Below, in pieces: positions 63,026 to 64,000 of a stretch of DNA of 64,000 bases (positions are counted from its first letter, which is position 1; every line of letters begins with the position of its first letter). The notes under the pieces are model-generated. The model had not been told where the DNA came from. It ran no database searches and saw nothing but the letters and a program-made list of their open reading frames with translations. Made by a program: the position numbers and the translations under genes. The stretch comes from the human T2T-CHM13v2.0 reference genome, Homo sapiens: NCBI RefSeq assembly GCF_009914755.1, contig NC_060936.1, one strand, 5' to 3'.

Positions 63026-63282
63026 TTAGAAAAAAACAGCACTGAATTGAAAGGTGGCTATCATCACACCTCTTGGCCCCGGCAATGCACAACCCCATCC
63101 CCTACTAACTCAGGGCACTATAACTCCCTAGGAAATGTGTGTGTGTCTGGAGGAGCCATAACCAGCTTGTGCTTTTTGTAACCCTGTTCACCTGTGGGTA
63201 GGGGAGGACAGTCTTCTTCTGATGCAGTTCTCCCAGTTCTACTTCTGTTTGAAAATCAAGTTCATATCCATAAATGTGATGT

Positions 63283-63932
63283 TGTGGCAGGCCAGGTCTC
63301 ACTAACGCAGGCCTCCTTAACAACTGTTTTCAGTACTGACTGAGTGGTTAAGTTAAATATTAAAAGCCAGTGCCCTTATACAAAGGCTGGAATGTAACAA
63401 AAGCCCACCAAGAGTTTTGCCTAGACCTTTCCAGGGTCTTAAAGAATGACAAAATAATGAAGGAATTCTCAACAGGACTCAGTTAAGATTAAACAAGTTT
63501 TATTGGGGATGAAGAAACTCTCCAGGCCTCCACAGACAAGTTTATTGGGGATCTGAAGGAACTACCCAAACCTCCCTGATTTAGCAGGAGACAAGATAAG
63601 GGTAATCACCCCAACATCTGGACCCATTTAGATTAAGTAAATTTACTGAGGCTCCAGAGGAAGGTCTTCAGGACTCAGACCTTCGTTATAGATCAAAAGA
63701 AGTTAATCACTCATGTCTTTAGATGAGTGCACACTTACACACAGACATATAGCTTAGAAGGTATATAAGCTCTGGAAAACTTTGTAGTTTTGAGTTGGTC
63801 TGGCAATAATTTCCAGGCCTTCTCCCTATAACCAGTTACAGAAATAAAAACTGTCTTCCTCCCCAGTTCATCTGCATCTCGTTATTGGGCCACGAGAAAT
63901 AGCAGCCCAACCCTCAGTTTGGTCCCGAAACA
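63283..63932 (+). mobile_element. Intact ERV1 solo LTR (probably LTR10 group) in a CCDC38 intron
   Basis: TG...CA ends, 4-bp TSD ATGT (63279-63282 / 63933-63936), TATA gtatataag near 63761, AATAAA near 63843. Confidence 0.8.
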
Positions 63933-64000
63933 ATGTTAGCCTTATATATTAGCTTTGAATTTTTATTTCATTTGAGGTTTTTATAAGGTAATCAATGTTA

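Overview
Primate (almost certainly human; the SNRPF/CCDC38 locus is on chr12q23.1) genomic DNA. Bases 1-44 kb are repeat-rich non-coding sequence (about 30 Alus, L1 fragments, several solo LTRs, DNA-transposon fossils, microsatellites). A CpG-island promoter at about 44.3-45.8 kb drives the complete 4-exon SNRPF gene (+; Sm protein F, 86 aa, CDS 45495..52491). The last three coding exons of CCDC38 (-) converge on it tail-to-tail. Almost all ORF-track entries are Alu, L1 or low-complexity artefacts. Most notable observations beyond the genes: (1) a decayed histone H2A gene copy in a CCDC38 intron that still shows a stem-loop remnant and an HDE-like element; (2) a series of local template-switch or templated-insertion scars (two copied segments bracketed by 17-18 bp direct repeats, a composite Alu that captured another Alu's flank from about 10.7 kb away in inverted orientation, a permuted inverted duplication, fold-back hairpins); (3) 3'-truncated U2 snRNA and probable 5S rRNA retrocopies; (4) a CCDC38 poly(A) signal overlapping its stop codon and facing an opposite-strand AATAAA. 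I found no convincing new protein-coding system. Repeat subfamily names come from recalled consensus sequences and need RepeatMasker/Dfam confirmation; many repeat boundaries are approximate.
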